From an uncultured virus (IMG/VR IMGVR_UViG_3300035191_000065) (Duplodnaviria > Heunggongvirae > Uroviricota > Caudoviricetes): a stretch of DNA of 64,000 bases. The notes under the pieces are model-generated. The model was not told where the DNA came from. It did not search any database and saw only the letters and a program-made list of their open reading frames with translations. This document shows, one piece after another, positions 1 to 10,259 of the stretch. Both the position numbers and the translations under genes were made by a program. The stretch lies in IMG/VR virus record IMGVR_UViG_3300035191_000065; one strand, given 5' to 3'. Each line of letters opens with the position of its first letter. Position 1 is the first letter of the stretch.

Positions 1-1479
1 ACAGGTAATAGCGTCAACGTTGTTCGTGATGCCACGGAAGTGAATGTTTCGCACCTCGATATTGTCACAAGCCCCCATCCTGAGGACTTGGCTCGCATCC
101 GTATCGTCTTCAATGATCACGCTGTCAGGACCACCAACACCGAACAGCGATACATAATCGCTCGACAGAACAATCTGCTCGGAGTAGACACCTGGGTATA
201 CGTAGATAACGATCGGGTTCGTTGCGCTTGGAGTCAGAGCCGCAGCGGCTGTAATAGCCGCACCAACCGTCAACTTTGGCTCGGTGAGCGACTGGCCATC
301 GTTCGCGTCACTTCCGAACTTTGCGACGTAGATGACCTCGGACTCGGTCCAGCCAAACTGGAGCACCTGATCAGTGCCGGCGTCATCTGTGAAAATAACC
401 CGGTTCGGTGTATCGCTCCGCACCCACAGCAGCCCTGTTCCGGCCGCTGGAGCCACCGTATGGTCGGCGTTCTCTCCGATAACGATGGTGCCCGTCAGCT
501 CGATGGAGTCATCGCAGTAGATGCCGCGTGCTGTCGTTCCGGTCTGAGCGTCAATCTCGATTCCGTAGGTCGTCGTCGAGTTGAGACCGACGTCGTTGAC
601 CTCGATCCCTGTCGACGTCGTTACCGTGCCTGCGCCATTGATGCCATCGATCGACACACCCTTATATCGAGTGACCGTCTGCCCGGCCGCAATCGTAGGC
701 TGTGAGAAGAACCCAGTCAGCCTATCGAAGGAATTGACAGCCGTGACGGTTGGGTTACAGACAAATCCGATGTCATCATCGATATCAGCAGCAGCGTTGT
801 TGTAGGTGTTCGAGGAAGCGAAGCCAAGATAGAGGGTTCCGGGGCCTGCTCCTGTGTGCTGCACCTCTGAAACGAAGCCTGTCCATCCGGCTTTTGTTCC
901 GGTCGAATCCTTCTCGGTACGAGCCCTCGCACCAACGTTGTTCGCCGTCTCATCGTCATCGAGGATATAGAGCTGCTCGGCGCCGACCATGGCGTCCGTC
1001 CCCAGGACGAGGTCACCATCGTCGAACCACTTACCGTTTGGACTTGCGAACGGCCCAACCGCGACATCGTCGGTCGCCGTGTTCGGATAGAGGAACCCAC
1101 CGGCGGAGTCTCGATTCCACAAGAAGTAGGCGCCCGCCTGGAAGATGTGTACATCCTGCCTGTCGACGGACGTGATGTTGGCATCGGCTTCAAGCGTCGA
1201 CTCAATCGCGGCGATCATCGTGTCGACGTTGGCCTCAGACGGACATTCGTCTGTTAGATAGGTGAATTTTTCGATGAGGCAGTTCAGGGTTCGATTGCCT
1301 TCAGCGCCACCTGGACCACCGGAGTCCTCGACCCACGCCAAAACGCGATCGTAGGTCAAGTTCGCGACGCCACCAAGCAACGTGTTAAGTCCTGAGGACG
1401 CAGAGGCAAGCTCCGTATCGTCCGTAGGAACGGCATAGGTTCCGGTACCGATGATGTCTGTGACGAAAATGTTACTCAT
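1..1479 (-). CDS. Virion/fibre-like protein with shared 'MSNIF' N-terminal module (truncated at left edge)
   Basis: Own translation: MSNIFVTDIIGTGTYAVPTDDTELASASSGLNTLLGGVANLTYDRVLAWVEDSGGPGGAEGNRTLNCLIEKFTY..., closely similar to the N-terminus of 8324-9928; G/T/S/V-rich C-terminus; runs off the window, so it is absent from the ORF track. Confidence 0.75.
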   Translation of the reverse strand, partial: MSNIFVTDIIGTGTYAVPTDDTELASASSGLNTLLGGVANLTYDRVLAWVEDSGGPGGAEGNRTLNCLIEKFTYLTDECPSEANVDTMIAAIESTLEADANITSVDRQDVHIFQAGAYFLWNRDSAGGFLYPNTATDDVAVGPFASPNGKWFDDGDLVLGTDAMVGAEQLYILDDDETANNVGARARTEKDSTGTKAGWTGFVSEVQHTGAGPGTLYLGFASSNTYNNAAADIDDDIGFVCNPTVTAVNSFDRLTGFFSQPTIAAGQTVTRYKGVSIDGINGAGTVTTSTGIEVNDVGLNSTTTYGIEIDAQTGTTARGIYCDDSIELTGTIVIGENADHTVAPAAGTGLLWVRSDTPNRVIFTDDAGTDQVLQFGWTESEVIYVAKFGSDANDGQSLTEPKLTVGAAITAAAALTPSATNPIVIYVYPGVYSEQIVLSSDYVSLFGVGGPDSVIIEDDTDASQVLRMGACDNIEVRNIHFRGITNNVDAITC

Positions 1480-1500
1480 CGTATCTCTCCAAACGCCTCG

Positions 1501-3468
1501 TTATGATGCACGGCCAAGGTCTTGTACAACGTACTCGACCCCAAACTCGACGATCACGATATCTCCACCAGTATCATTGGGGTTCGCAATCGTTGCGTCC
1601 CTGGCAAGCCTGATTACTACACCGCCTCGATCATCGATTCCTTCAACCGAAATCATTCTTGAGTAGTCGGTCGACAGAAGCGTCGATTGGACTCGTCCAG
1701 ACTCGGCAGGCGTGTAGGTGATAATCGTGTCAAACGATATATCAGGCGGAAAAATAGCCCCGACCTGATCTCCCAAACTCAGTGCCTTGGCATCGACGTG
1801 CCAGTCGTAGTTGCCCGTTCCGCCCGGGGCCAGGCCAAGAAAGATTCTCAGCTTCGAGCCGTTATCAAGTGCCGGTGGAAGCACATAGGTGAACGAAACA
1901 CCCATCCTGTGATCGTTCTCGTAGCTCATTCCTCCGGACTGGAGTTCTCCGTCAGGGGCACCAGCGGCTGGACCGAGCCCCCTCCTTGCTGGCGAATAGC
2001 CAGTCGGCGCCTGATAGGCGAGCGAGAAGAAGTCGGGAGCGTAGATTCCAGCGGCATTGTATGTGCTACCGTTCTGGTCCACATAGAGATATACCTCTTG
2101 CCCCTCTACGATCTCTAGCTCAGGCAGGTAAACGGTAAACGGATTACCATCAACCGTGAGTGTTATGTTGTCACCAGCATTGATATGCCACGCCCCAGGC
2201 CCCGACCCCGCAATAAAACAGAGTACCATCCACCGACGGTGTCCAGCATTTCCATCTATCCATGTCCAGCTTCCTGATTGGTGAACCGCATACCCCTTCC
2301 ACTGAGCGTTGAGATTGCTCGGCTGCGAGGTTCCGAAGACATGGATTCGTCGCGATGTGCTTCCCGGGTTTGGCATCGACGACGTCACCGCGGTGATATC
2401 AGAAAAATTCACCCATGGGGGCTCGCCGAGAACCATGTTTGCAAGAAAGAATCTTTCTCGGACTCGCTTCCGGGCGGTGCCCCAAAGCCTCATTGCCTCG
2501 GCGACACCGTTGTACTCAAATCCGCTCCCCCGGAGATTGATGCTTGCGATTACGGCCGAGGTACCGACAACTGCTGTATTGCGGAACCTCACCCAATACA
2601 GTGAGGTGCCCGTATTGGGAACCTCATCCAAAACATTATCTGCCTGCGCCCAGGTGGACTGCTCGACATATTTGTCAACCTGCACGACTTGGATCTCAAT
2701 GTTCTCCCAGAAATTTGGACCCCTGTTTGTATCAACGCCTTGGGGATAGGTTGCTTTGTCAAACGGATCCCAGCTCGCCCCATTCCAAATCTCCACTACT
2801 ACAGGCGTAGAATCCTTTGCCGTCGCCACCTCGAATATCCACGCGTAGTGCTTGCTATCTACGCCAATGTAGAGAGCGTCATTGATTCCGCCGAGCTGTG
2901 TCCATGGGAATCCGCTTGAAGGATCGATCTGTGTAAACCTCGAACCAGAAGGAGCAGAGCTATCATACTCGTACAGATACGACGTCGGAGCGGACGGCTC
3001 CTCACTTGAACCCTCTCCGACAAAGAGACTTGATGGATCACCGATTCCGCCAAGCGACACAAAGTCACCAGGGTCTACCAGCTCGACCCTGCCGGTGGCC
3101 GAGTTACGAAGCCAGATACCGGCGCCCCCTGAATCGATGACAAGGTTGACGTCCTGCACGGATACAGAAACGATGTTTGGGTCACCAAGGAGCTGCGTCT
3201 GAATGGCTGCGGTCATGGCCGCTATCTGAGCAGAGCTTGGGCACATAACGCCCATGTATTGAGCGTTGACGAGGAGACAGTTGAGCGTCCTCGATGCACC
3301 AGCCCCATCCGACGTCTTCACCCAGGAATACGCCTTATCGAAGGAGAGCCCCATTACACCCGAGAGAAGGGTCTGGAGCCCGGCCTCAGCGGACTGAAGC
3401 GCCGCAGCGTCTTCCGGAACCGCGTAGATGCCACTGCCACTTATTCCTGTTATGAAGATGTTGCTCAT
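1501..3468 (-). CDS. Virion/fibre-like protein, 655 aa, shared 'MSNIF' N-terminal module
   Basis: Long ORF; N-terminus MSNIFITGISGSGIYAVP...RTLNCLL paralogous to neighbours; beta-rich C-terminal domains. Confidence 0.7.
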   Translation of the reverse strand: MSNIFITGISGSGIYAVPEDAAALQSAEAGLQTLLSGVMGLSFDKAYSWVKTSDGAGASRTLNCLLVNAQYMGVMCPSSAQIAAMTAAIQTQLLGDPNIVSVSVQDVNLVIDSGGAGIWLRNSATGRVELVDPGDFVSLGGIGDPSSLFVGEGSSEEPSAPTSYLYEYDSSAPSGSRFTQIDPSSGFPWTQLGGINDALYIGVDSKHYAWIFEVATAKDSTPVVVEIWNGASWDPFDKATYPQGVDTNRGPNFWENIEIQVVQVDKYVEQSTWAQADNVLDEVPNTGTSLYWVRFRNTAVVGTSAVIASINLRGSGFEYNGVAEAMRLWGTARKRVRERFFLANMVLGEPPWVNFSDITAVTSSMPNPGSTSRRIHVFGTSQPSNLNAQWKGYAVHQSGSWTWIDGNAGHRRWMVLCFIAGSGPGAWHINAGDNITLTVDGNPFTVYLPELEIVEGQEVYLYVDQNGSTYNAAGIYAPDFFSLAYQAPTGYSPARRGLGPAAGAPDGELQSGGMSYENDHRMGVSFTYVLPPALDNGSKLRIFLGLAPGGTGNYDWHVDAKALSLGDQVGAIFPPDISFDTIITYTPAESGRVQSTLLSTDYSRMISVEGIDDRGGVVIRLARDATIANPNDTGGDIVIVEFGVEYVVQDLGRAS

Positions 3469-3481
3469 CGATATTACCTGT

Positions 3482-4249
3482 CTAGTACGAAGTCTGCCTG
3501 TACATCATGAGGCGGAAGCACAGCTCAACGTTGTGACTTCCTGCACCATGATGAAGAATGACGCGCCAGCTCCAATGGGGCAGCACCAACTTCGCTTCTT
3601 GCCCCATAAAGCTCGTAAGCTCCTCTCGAATCCGAACGTGGTTCAAAAAACGCTGGAGACGGATCTCAGCATCGTAGAGATTGTAGCCACCTTCCTGCGA
3701 TTCATTCGGGGTGATCACGTTCGTGTCCAGGTCGTAGTCAAAAAATCCGTTGCCAGCAGATGCTGGAACGATAGACGCTTGATGCACCGCGGAGGTCCCA
3801 ATCTTGGCTTCCAAGTCAACGTCGTGCGACCCATCGCCCTCAGCATCCGGTACGATAACGTTGAACCCAGCTCCAGTCGGAATTAGGTTGCAGTTACCTG
3901 ATCCAGCGTTTTCAACCACAGGTGTCGCCGATGCAAAAAGCTCAACGCTTGCAAAGTCGAGCCTGTTAAACGGAGTTAATAGCCAAGCCTCTCCTCCACG
4001 GACCTGGACCGCCTCGTTGAACCTGAAAGCAATATCGTGATCACCTTCGGAACTCCCGCTGACGAACATATCCTGGCCCATCGAAACACTTCGAGCCGGA
4101 GCAACAGCATCGAGATCGTCTCCACGGTCTGCCCAGAAATCGGGCCAGTCCATGTTATTGTAGTGAGGTCGAGCCGCGACAGTCAGACGACCGTCATCAG
4201 TCATCGTCGGGAGGACGATGCCTCTCGTTCCTGGTATTCCTGCCGTCAT
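3482..4249 (-). CDS. Hypothetical protein, probably structural (255 aa)
   Basis: Tightly packed co-directional ORF; start overlaps the upstream stop. Confidence 0.65.
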   Translation of the reverse strand: MTAGIPGTRGIVLPTMTDDGRLTVAARPHYNNMDWPDFWADRGDDLDAVAPARSVSMGQDMFVSGSSEGDHDIAFRFNEAVQVRGGEAWLLTPFNRLDFASVELFASATPVVENAGSGNCNLIPTGAGFNVIVPDAEGDGSHDVDLEAKIGTSAVHQASIVPASAGNGFFDYDLDTNVITPNESQEGGYNLYDAEIRLQRFLNHVRIREELTSFMGQEAKLVLPHWSWRVILHHGAGSHNVELCFRLMMYRQTSY

Positions 4250-4530
4250 GGCTGCACCCTCACTTTGCGTCGTGTCTCTTTATTGCCGACCTTTTCGGTG
4301 TACCACTCGTACTCGACCGTCGAAACGACGTTTCCATCCTCATCCCTCGTAGTCACAGTCTCACCGATCAGGACATTCCCTTGGTAGTTGTAGTCCACGC
4401 GCGACGACGGATGAACGATAGCGCTTGACTCATAGCCAGCGGCAAAAATCTCGTGCGCCAGCTTCCCACCGTCGTAATGCTCCTCGTGGTAGGGGTAATT
4501 CTCCTGATGAGCATGTCGTTCCTCGGCCAT
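4246..4530 (-). CDS. Hypothetical protein (94 aa)
   Basis: GGAGG SD upstream; operon packing. Confidence 0.6.
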   Translation of the reverse strand: MAEERHAHQENYPYHEEHYDGGKLAHEIFAAGYESSAIVHPSSRVDYNYQGNVLIGETVTTRDEDGNVVSTVEYEWYTEKVGNKETRRKVRVQP

Positions 4531-4542
4531 GGACCCTCCGAA

Positions 4543-5436
4543 TCAGATCTTCGACGCGAAGACGCTAGCGACAGCGTCAGCTATCTGCTGCCAGTAGTCC
4601 CGTCGGGCGCCATAGGGCTGCTCGATCTGAATTCCGTTTCCAGCGGATGTCAGCCAGTTGACGAAGTTGTCAGGACTCGTTCCGCTATACTCGCCACCGG
4701 TGAGCACCGACACGTCGTAGGGGAGCCCCGAAATTGCCGCGATGGCGTCGGCGATTTCCTGCTTAAGCGCCACAGGGGCGCCTCCTCCGACCGCAATGTC
4801 CGCCTCGCCGTAACCATGAAAAGACACGGCGTAATCGAAGCCGCGATTCTGGATCGACCCAAGAAGCGGGAAGCTCTCAGGGCTGATTTCTGTCGAGGTG
4901 ATGTGCCAGGCATCGTAGGCGCCAATGGCGTCCTGCCATCCTTTGCATCGCCAGGACGAAACATCCTTACCCTGACCATCAAGCTCCGAGTAGACGCGCT
5001 CGGCCTCTTCGTCGGTGTAGTTTTCAATGATGCCGCCATGAGGCGCGCACACGACGATCTTTGTATGATTTGTCGACGTCTCGTCGAGAAACTCTCCGAA
5101 CTCGTTGTTGTCGTCGAGCCACTGCTCGGTCTTACCCTGAAGGGCAACCTCGTCACAGCCCTCCAGGTAGCCGCTGAAGCTGTCAGAGTAGTCCATACGC
5201 TGACGACCAGCGAGGGCCATCCGAACGTCGTTATCATCGGTGCCGTCTTGCATGAACTGGTGCACCGTGTACGCTGCATATCTTTCAGGCTTCTTCTTGC
5301 TCTTGATCCGGACTTGCTGACCAACGACGACGCCGTTGTTCTGAGCAAGCTCAGGATCCATACTGATCCTCTCCTCGTATCCGAGAAGATAGGTCTGCGA
5401 GCTAAGCGCTTTTAAAACATCAATTCTGACCGCCAT
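4543..5436 (-). CDS. Poly-gamma-glutamate hydrolase family protein (PghP/DUF867-like zinc peptidase)
   Basis: Motifs APHGGxIE, WHITST, AVSFHG, GTSPDNFVN, GIQIEQ; start reassigned to the ATG at 5436 (GGAG SD, no overlap with upstream gene). Confidence 0.85.
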   Translation of the reverse strand: MAVRIDVLKALSSQTYLLGYEERISMDPELAQNNGVVVGQQVRIKSKKKPERYAAYTVHQFMQDGTDDNDVRMALAGRQRMDYSDSFSGYLEGCDEVALQGKTEQWLDDNNEFGEFLDETSTNHTKIVVCAPHGGIIENYTDEEAERVYSELDGQGKDVSSWRCKGWQDAIGAYDAWHITSTEISPESFPLLGSIQNRGFDYAVSFHGYGEADIAVGGGAPVALKQEIADAIAAISGLPYDVSVLTGGEYSGTSPDNFVNWLTSAGNGIQIEQPYGARRDYWQQIADAVASVFASKI

Positions 5437-5452
5437 CTCTCCACCTTCCGGC

Positions 5453-6892
5453 CTACTGGCCGGCAAACCGAAACCCACTAAAACGCAGCTCCAATCCGTG
5501 CACGTAGATGTGCACTCCACAGTCATCGGCTGCGTCCGTTCCAAGCCGTGTCATCTTCATGCACAGCAGGTCTTTTGTTTTGTCGAACTGAGACGCCTGG
5601 ATCGTAAAATCGATCGCAAATATCTGATCGAGAGTCTGACCCGAGATGTCGTAGGTAAACTCGTTTGTATAGCTCCACGAGCCGAGCGCGTCTCCAATAT
5701 CCTTGAGACTCCAGTTGAGCCTCCACCTCGTCCCACGACTAGCCGGCACCGACGATGGCACCGAACAAAAAAGTCTGAAGGTCAAGTCTCCACTGATATA
5801 CCGAGTCGGCGGCTCGATATTGACGCGGTTCCAACCATCGCCCCCGTTATCGAACCGAATCGCCGCGATGTCGTTGTTTGTCGAACCCGACGTCGTACCG
5901 CCTCGAATACCACCATCGACAGGAAGCACCTGACGGCACGTTCCGGCGTCAATGACATCTGTGCCGGAAAGCTGAATGCCACCCTGAGGCGTTACGCGAA
6001 AGCGCTCGACGGTCTGAGATCCTCCATCACGCAACATGACGCGAAATGCCGCTTCGAGCGCAGTCGACGCTGGGTCCTCCCAGAGAAAGTGCAGCGAGCC
6101 TGCAGCTCGATCATCCCCATCCTCGTCTTCGAGCTTCGTGTAGAGTCCTGTTCCAAAACCGGCGAGAACAGTGTTGAGTGACCTACGTGCGAGAGTAATC
6201 AGGCTTGTCACTGTCGAATCGTCGGTCGTCTCTTCGCGCAACGTCAGAAGCTTGCCGGGGGTTGCATCACCAGAACCGATTGTTACTGCGCTCGAACGAT
6301 CTTCACTCGGTTCGGCATCATAAGCTGATTGACCTGTGTCATCAAAAGTCTCTCCATCAGCCGCGGTAGTCTCGGCCAATTTTCCAGTGCTCGACGGTGT
6401 TCCACCGGCTGTAACCCTGTATACTCCATACTTTACAGCACCAGAGATCTCGTCCCATGTCACCCTGTTAAAGTTTGTCGCGTCGAGCGTAGCGTTCCCA
6501 GTTGTCGTTTGTCCCTCCGTTGAAGCAAGCGTCTCCCCAGACGAACTAAACGCCGTGATTTTATAACCCCACGTTGTCGTTCCCGGTGTGCCCTGAGGTG
6601 TCACAGTTGGAGCTGATGGGCTATCCAACGGAACGAAAACAATGCCACCTTTTTCTGGTGATGCCCCAGGGTAACCGGTATGAGTCGAAACAATTCCAGC
6701 GAGCGTTGTTTGGTCTGCACCAGAAAGAGGGTCGTCAAACCAGATATCGCAGTCATCCCCGTTTGTTTCGATATAGAGGAGAGCGGCAGAGCTTATCGAG
6801 CTTTCTTCAATCTGCGCAGTCAGGCTATCAGAGTCCACCTGCCTGTTCGGAAAGTCCGATGAGATGCTGTAGGTGTACTTGGTATCAGCCAT
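5453..6892 (-). CDS. Virion/fibre-like protein (479 aa)
   Basis: T/G/S-rich ORF with an Ig/FN3-like segment (YKITA...VTW...YGVYR) and a beta-rich C-terminus. Confidence 0.65.
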   Translation of the reverse strand: MADTKYTYSISSDFPNRQVDSDSLTAQIEESSISSAALLYIETNGDDCDIWFDDPLSGADQTTLAGIVSTHTGYPGASPEKGGIVFVPLDSPSAPTVTPQGTPGTTTWGYKITAFSSSGETLASTEGQTTTGNATLDATNFNRVTWDEISGAVKYGVYRVTAGGTPSSTGKLAETTAADGETFDDTGQSAYDAEPSEDRSSAVTIGSGDATPGKLLTLREETTDDSTVTSLITLARRSLNTVLAGFGTGLYTKLEDEDGDDRAAGSLHFLWEDPASTALEAAFRVMLRDGGSQTVERFRVTPQGGIQLSGTDVIDAGTCRQVLPVDGGIRGGTTSGSTNNDIAAIRFDNGGDGWNRVNIEPPTRYISGDLTFRLFCSVPSSVPASRGTRWRLNWSLKDIGDALGSWSYTNEFTYDISGQTLDQIFAIDFTIQASQFDKTKDLLCMKMTRLGTDAADDCGVHIYVHGLELRFSGFRFAGQ

Positions 6893-6893
6893 T

Positions 6894-8324
6894 TTAGGAC
6901 ACCCTCACGATCATCATCGATCGCCTAAGAGCCGTCGCCGTTCCGCTGGTGGTTCTCCATCGAAGCTCAATTGATTGCGAACCGTTCACTGTAACGATGG
7001 CTTGAGTAAAACCAGCATACCCCGCGTTAACCCACCGAGGGCTTTGGACCATTTTTTCTGAGTAGGCTTCCTGAACGCCTCCAGCATAGATCGACAAATA
7101 AACCGTTTGGTTGTTATTTGAGTGCTGCAAAGTCGTCGAGAAAAACACTGTGTACTGACCGGCTACCGGCGTCATCGTCATGCCAGCCATCAGCACATCC
7201 GTTGTAGATGTCGTCGTGGTGTTTGTCGTTGATGTAACCTGGGTATAGTCAGGCCCAGGAAGAGCGTCCATCGCGGTCGGCTGCCATTCTGAAGCTGTCG
7301 CATTCCAAGCAAGGACATACTCGTCAGTTGGCGCCGTCGTGGCGACGGCGTAGCCCTGCAGCTTGATCGCGTCACGAACCTCGACGGTCGAAGAATCTTT
7401 TCTGAACTTCAGCTCCTTCGAGGTCGACTCGTACCAGAAGTCTCCTTCGGACGGCGTCGTTGGATCTGCCGTCCTGGTAACACCGAAGGCTATGTCACCA
7501 CGCGTATTTGCGTTGATGGGCTGAAGATTAATCAGCGGGCTTCCAGTTGCCTCGCTATCAATATCGAGAGAAACAGCGTTTGAATCCTGGTCGATAAGCT
7601 GGCTACCGACAACTTTCAGGCGCTCGGTGCCGGTCATTGCTGAGCCACCAAGAACCAGATCGCCGTCATCAAACCAAACACCGTTTGGTGTGGAACCACC
7701 GATGTAGAGGTCGTCCGTCGCAACCTTGGGATAGACGTAACCAGCGGCGTTACGCGACCAATGAATATCATTCAACCGGCCGAGAGTCTGGACCTCGGTG
7801 CCGTCATGGTAACGGTAGTAATCGTCCGTCGCGTTGTACCAGAGATCACCCTCGGTTGGAGAAGATGGGTCTGATGAACGACCCGTTCCAAAAGCAATAT
7901 CTCCGCGGGTGTTCCCGTTCAGTGATGTGATCCCCAAAACGGGATAACCCGTTGCAGCGCTGTCCAGCTCAAGCGTTGGACCATCGACATCCATGTCCAG
8001 CTTCATGCAGCCATAGCCAGTCGGATGGCCCGTCGAACACTGGAGAGTCAAAGCTGGAACTGTCTCGGCTGTACTCTTTTCGACGCGCGCCGCACCTATG
8101 ACGCGCTCCATTTCATCACCAGAGCCTGTCAGGCCACCCAAGACTCCCTGACCATCTGGCTCAGCCACAAGAACAATCAGCTTTGTCTCAAACTCGGCAG
8201 CGCTCTCTGCCCTCACCGTATGAGCCGGATTGTTCGGACACACAGTCGGCGGCGTATCAGCCCATTCAGGGACCCACTGAGCCTCGGTTTCGCAGTAGAT
8301 GCGATAATGCTTAAAATCGGCCAT
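6894..8324 (-). CDS. Virion/fibre-like protein with two RGDIAFG repeat modules (476 aa)
   Basis: Repeats NTRGDIAFG..R..DP..P.EGD.WY shared with 8324-9928; Thr-rich C-terminal domain. Confidence 0.7.
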   Translation of the reverse strand: MADFKHYRIYCETEAQWVPEWADTPPTVCPNNPAHTVRAESAAEFETKLIVLVAEPDGQGVLGGLTGSGDEMERVIGAARVEKSTAETVPALTLQCSTGHPTGYGCMKLDMDVDGPTLELDSAATGYPVLGITSLNGNTRGDIAFGTGRSSDPSSPTEGDLWYNATDDYYRYHDGTEVQTLGRLNDIHWSRNAAGYVYPKVATDDLYIGGSTPNGVWFDDGDLVLGGSAMTGTERLKVVGSQLIDQDSNAVSLDIDSEATGSPLINLQPINANTRGDIAFGVTRTADPTTPSEGDFWYESTSKELKFRKDSSTVEVRDAIKLQGYAVATTAPTDEYVLAWNATASEWQPTAMDALPGPDYTQVTSTTNTTTTSTTDVLMAGMTMTPVAGQYTVFFSTTLQHSNNNQTVYLSIYAGGVQEAYSEKMVQSPRWVNAGYAGFTQAIVTVNGSQSIELRWRTTSGTATALRRSMMIVRVS

Positions 8325-9928
8325 CAGTAGAACTCCCAGTAATGCAGGTAACCGTTTGATGCGCCGCCTGCGCTCTTCTGAGCTTGCACCTCAAAGATGG
8401 CTCCTGCTGCAGGAAGATTCGCGAGAGTGGTATCGGTATACGTTGCCTTGCCGCTAGCGCTAACGGTCACCCTCGCGATCTCCAGGGCGTTCGTAAAATC
8501 ATAAAGCCTGACGTCGATGCTCCCCGTTGTGCCTGCTCGGCTCATGATGATGCGGAATAGCTGAGGAGTTGAAATATTCGTCCCCGGGAAGTAGCAGCTT
8601 CCGTAGACTTTCCACCCCGTCCCGCTGATACGAGCGTAGTCGTTGTTGCCGTCGTAGTAGCCCTGGTTGGCGCCAGCAAGCAGGCCAGGCGAGTTAAGGC
8701 AACGCCGGTAAGTGCCGTCCCAGTAGGAAAGACACTTGTTCGTCGAGTTGTACCAGACGTCTCCTTCATCCGGGTTCGCTGGGTCGGATGTTCGAGCCGT
8801 GCCAAAGGCAATGTCACCGCGGTCATTCGTGACGATGGGCTGAAGGTTGATGAGCGGGTTATCAGTCGCCTCGCTGTCGATATCGATGCCGTAAGCGTCG
8901 CTGTCCTGGTCGACGAGAACGGAGCCGACGACCTTGAGCCGCTCGGTTCCCGTCATCGACGAACCACCGACTACCAAATCTCCGTCGTCAAACCAAACAC
9001 CGTTTGGGGTGGAGCCACCTATGTAAAGGTCGTCAGTTGCTGTCTTTGCATAGATAAATCCCGCACCATCACGGTTCCAGTAGATCTCGCTCGTCGTGGC
9101 GATGGTTCGATTTGCTGCACCGTCGTAATATCGATAATAGTTGTCAGTAGAGTTGTACCAGAGGTCGCCTTCGATCGGGCTCGCCGGATCCGCCGTCCTA
9201 GTGACACCAAAGGCGATATCTCCGCGAGTGTTGGCATTAAGCGGCTGGAGATTGATCAGTGGCTTACTCGTCGCCTCGGTATCAATGTCCAAAGCAATCG
9301 AGTTCACATCAACATCGAGCAAAGCAGCCTGCTGAGCCGCAGGGTGACTCCCGAATGCTTGGACAAAAAGAGCGGGTATCGCATCCGAGCTGGACTTCTC
9401 GATTCGTCCACCGCCCACGACTCTTAACCGCTCGGCGCCGACCATGGCGTCCGTCCCCAGGACGAGGTCTCCGTCGTCGAACCACTTACCGGCCGGCGAG
9501 ACGTGACCACCTACCGCAACATCATCAGTCGTCGTCGCCGGATAGAGGAACCCGCCCGCCGCGTCTCTTTGCCAGAGAAAGTAAGCGCCGGTCTGAAACA
9601 AGTGGTACTGCTGCTCTCCGATGGTCGTGATGCTCGCGTCTGCTTCGAGCGCGGCTTCAATAGCAGCACCAAGCGTATCGACCTGGGTTTCGCTGGGGCA
9701 CTCCTGGGTGAGGTAAGTGAACTTCTCGACCATGCAGTTGAGAGTTCGGACGCCCTCTGCCCCATCAGGACCAGCCTGGTCTTCAACCCAGCCAAGGACC
9801 CGATCGTAGGTGAGATTCGCGACTCCGCTCAGAATGCCATCAAAGGTCGAGGTCGCGCTTGCGAGCTGTGTGTCATTGGACGGGATACCGATCGAGCCAA
9901 CGATATCCGTGATGAAGATGTTCGACAT
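8324..9928 (-). CDS. Virion/fibre-like protein, 'MSNIF' module plus RGDIAFG and WFDDGDLV repeats (534 aa)
   Basis: Internal tandem duplication; paralogy with 1-1479 and 6894-8324. Confidence 0.7.
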   Translation of the reverse strand: MSNIFITDIVGSIGIPSNDTQLASATSTFDGILSGVANLTYDRVLGWVEDQAGPDGAEGVRTLNCMVEKFTYLTQECPSETQVDTLGAAIEAALEADASITTIGEQQYHLFQTGAYFLWQRDAAGGFLYPATTTDDVAVGGHVSPAGKWFDDGDLVLGTDAMVGAERLRVVGGGRIEKSSSDAIPALFVQAFGSHPAAQQAALLDVDVNSIALDIDTEATSKPLINLQPLNANTRGDIAFGVTRTADPASPIEGDLWYNSTDNYYRYYDGAANRTIATTSEIYWNRDGAGFIYAKTATDDLYIGGSTPNGVWFDDGDLVVGGSSMTGTERLKVVGSVLVDQDSDAYGIDIDSEATDNPLINLQPIVTNDRGDIAFGTARTSDPANPDEGDVWYNSTNKCLSYWDGTYRRCLNSPGLLAGANQGYYDGNNDYARISGTGWKVYGSCYFPGTNISTPQLFRIIMSRAGTTGSIDVRLYDFTNALEIARVTVSASGKATYTDTTLANLPAAGAIFEVQAQKSAGGASNGYLHYWEFY

Positions 9929-10208
9929 GAACGATCACCCCTGGCTCAGCTCAATAAGTAATCCTCAGGATGATAAACCATGGCACGGAGCCGTCCAAGC
10001 AGTGAGCGTGCGCGAATTGTGAATCCAAGGCTTTCCCCGGTATATCATCTGCTACAACAAACACTGTTTGACGCAGCAAAATTTTTGTTTTCAAACACTT
10101 AGGAGGGATTCACTAACGAGCTGGCCATGGGGCTGCAGCCAGGCCGTTCCATCGGTATCCTTTCACATTAACATACTTAAAGCAAGCCATCCTGAAGACG
10201 GACACCTG

Positions 10209-10237
10209 TTGACATTGCACATGCAACACCCTACGAT
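10209..10237 (+). promoter_or_regulatory. Sigma70-type promoter
   Basis: TTGACA-17 nt-TACGAT, 22 nt upstream of the ORF at 10260; palindromic motif variant at 10188-10200. Confidence 0.75.
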
Positions 10238-10259
10238 CTGAACATCACGGAGCAAACAC

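Noticed and set aside
1..9928. Diversity-generating retroelement behind the duplicated fibre segments
   Set aside because: No reverse transcriptase in the window, and I saw no adenine-specific pattern in the differences
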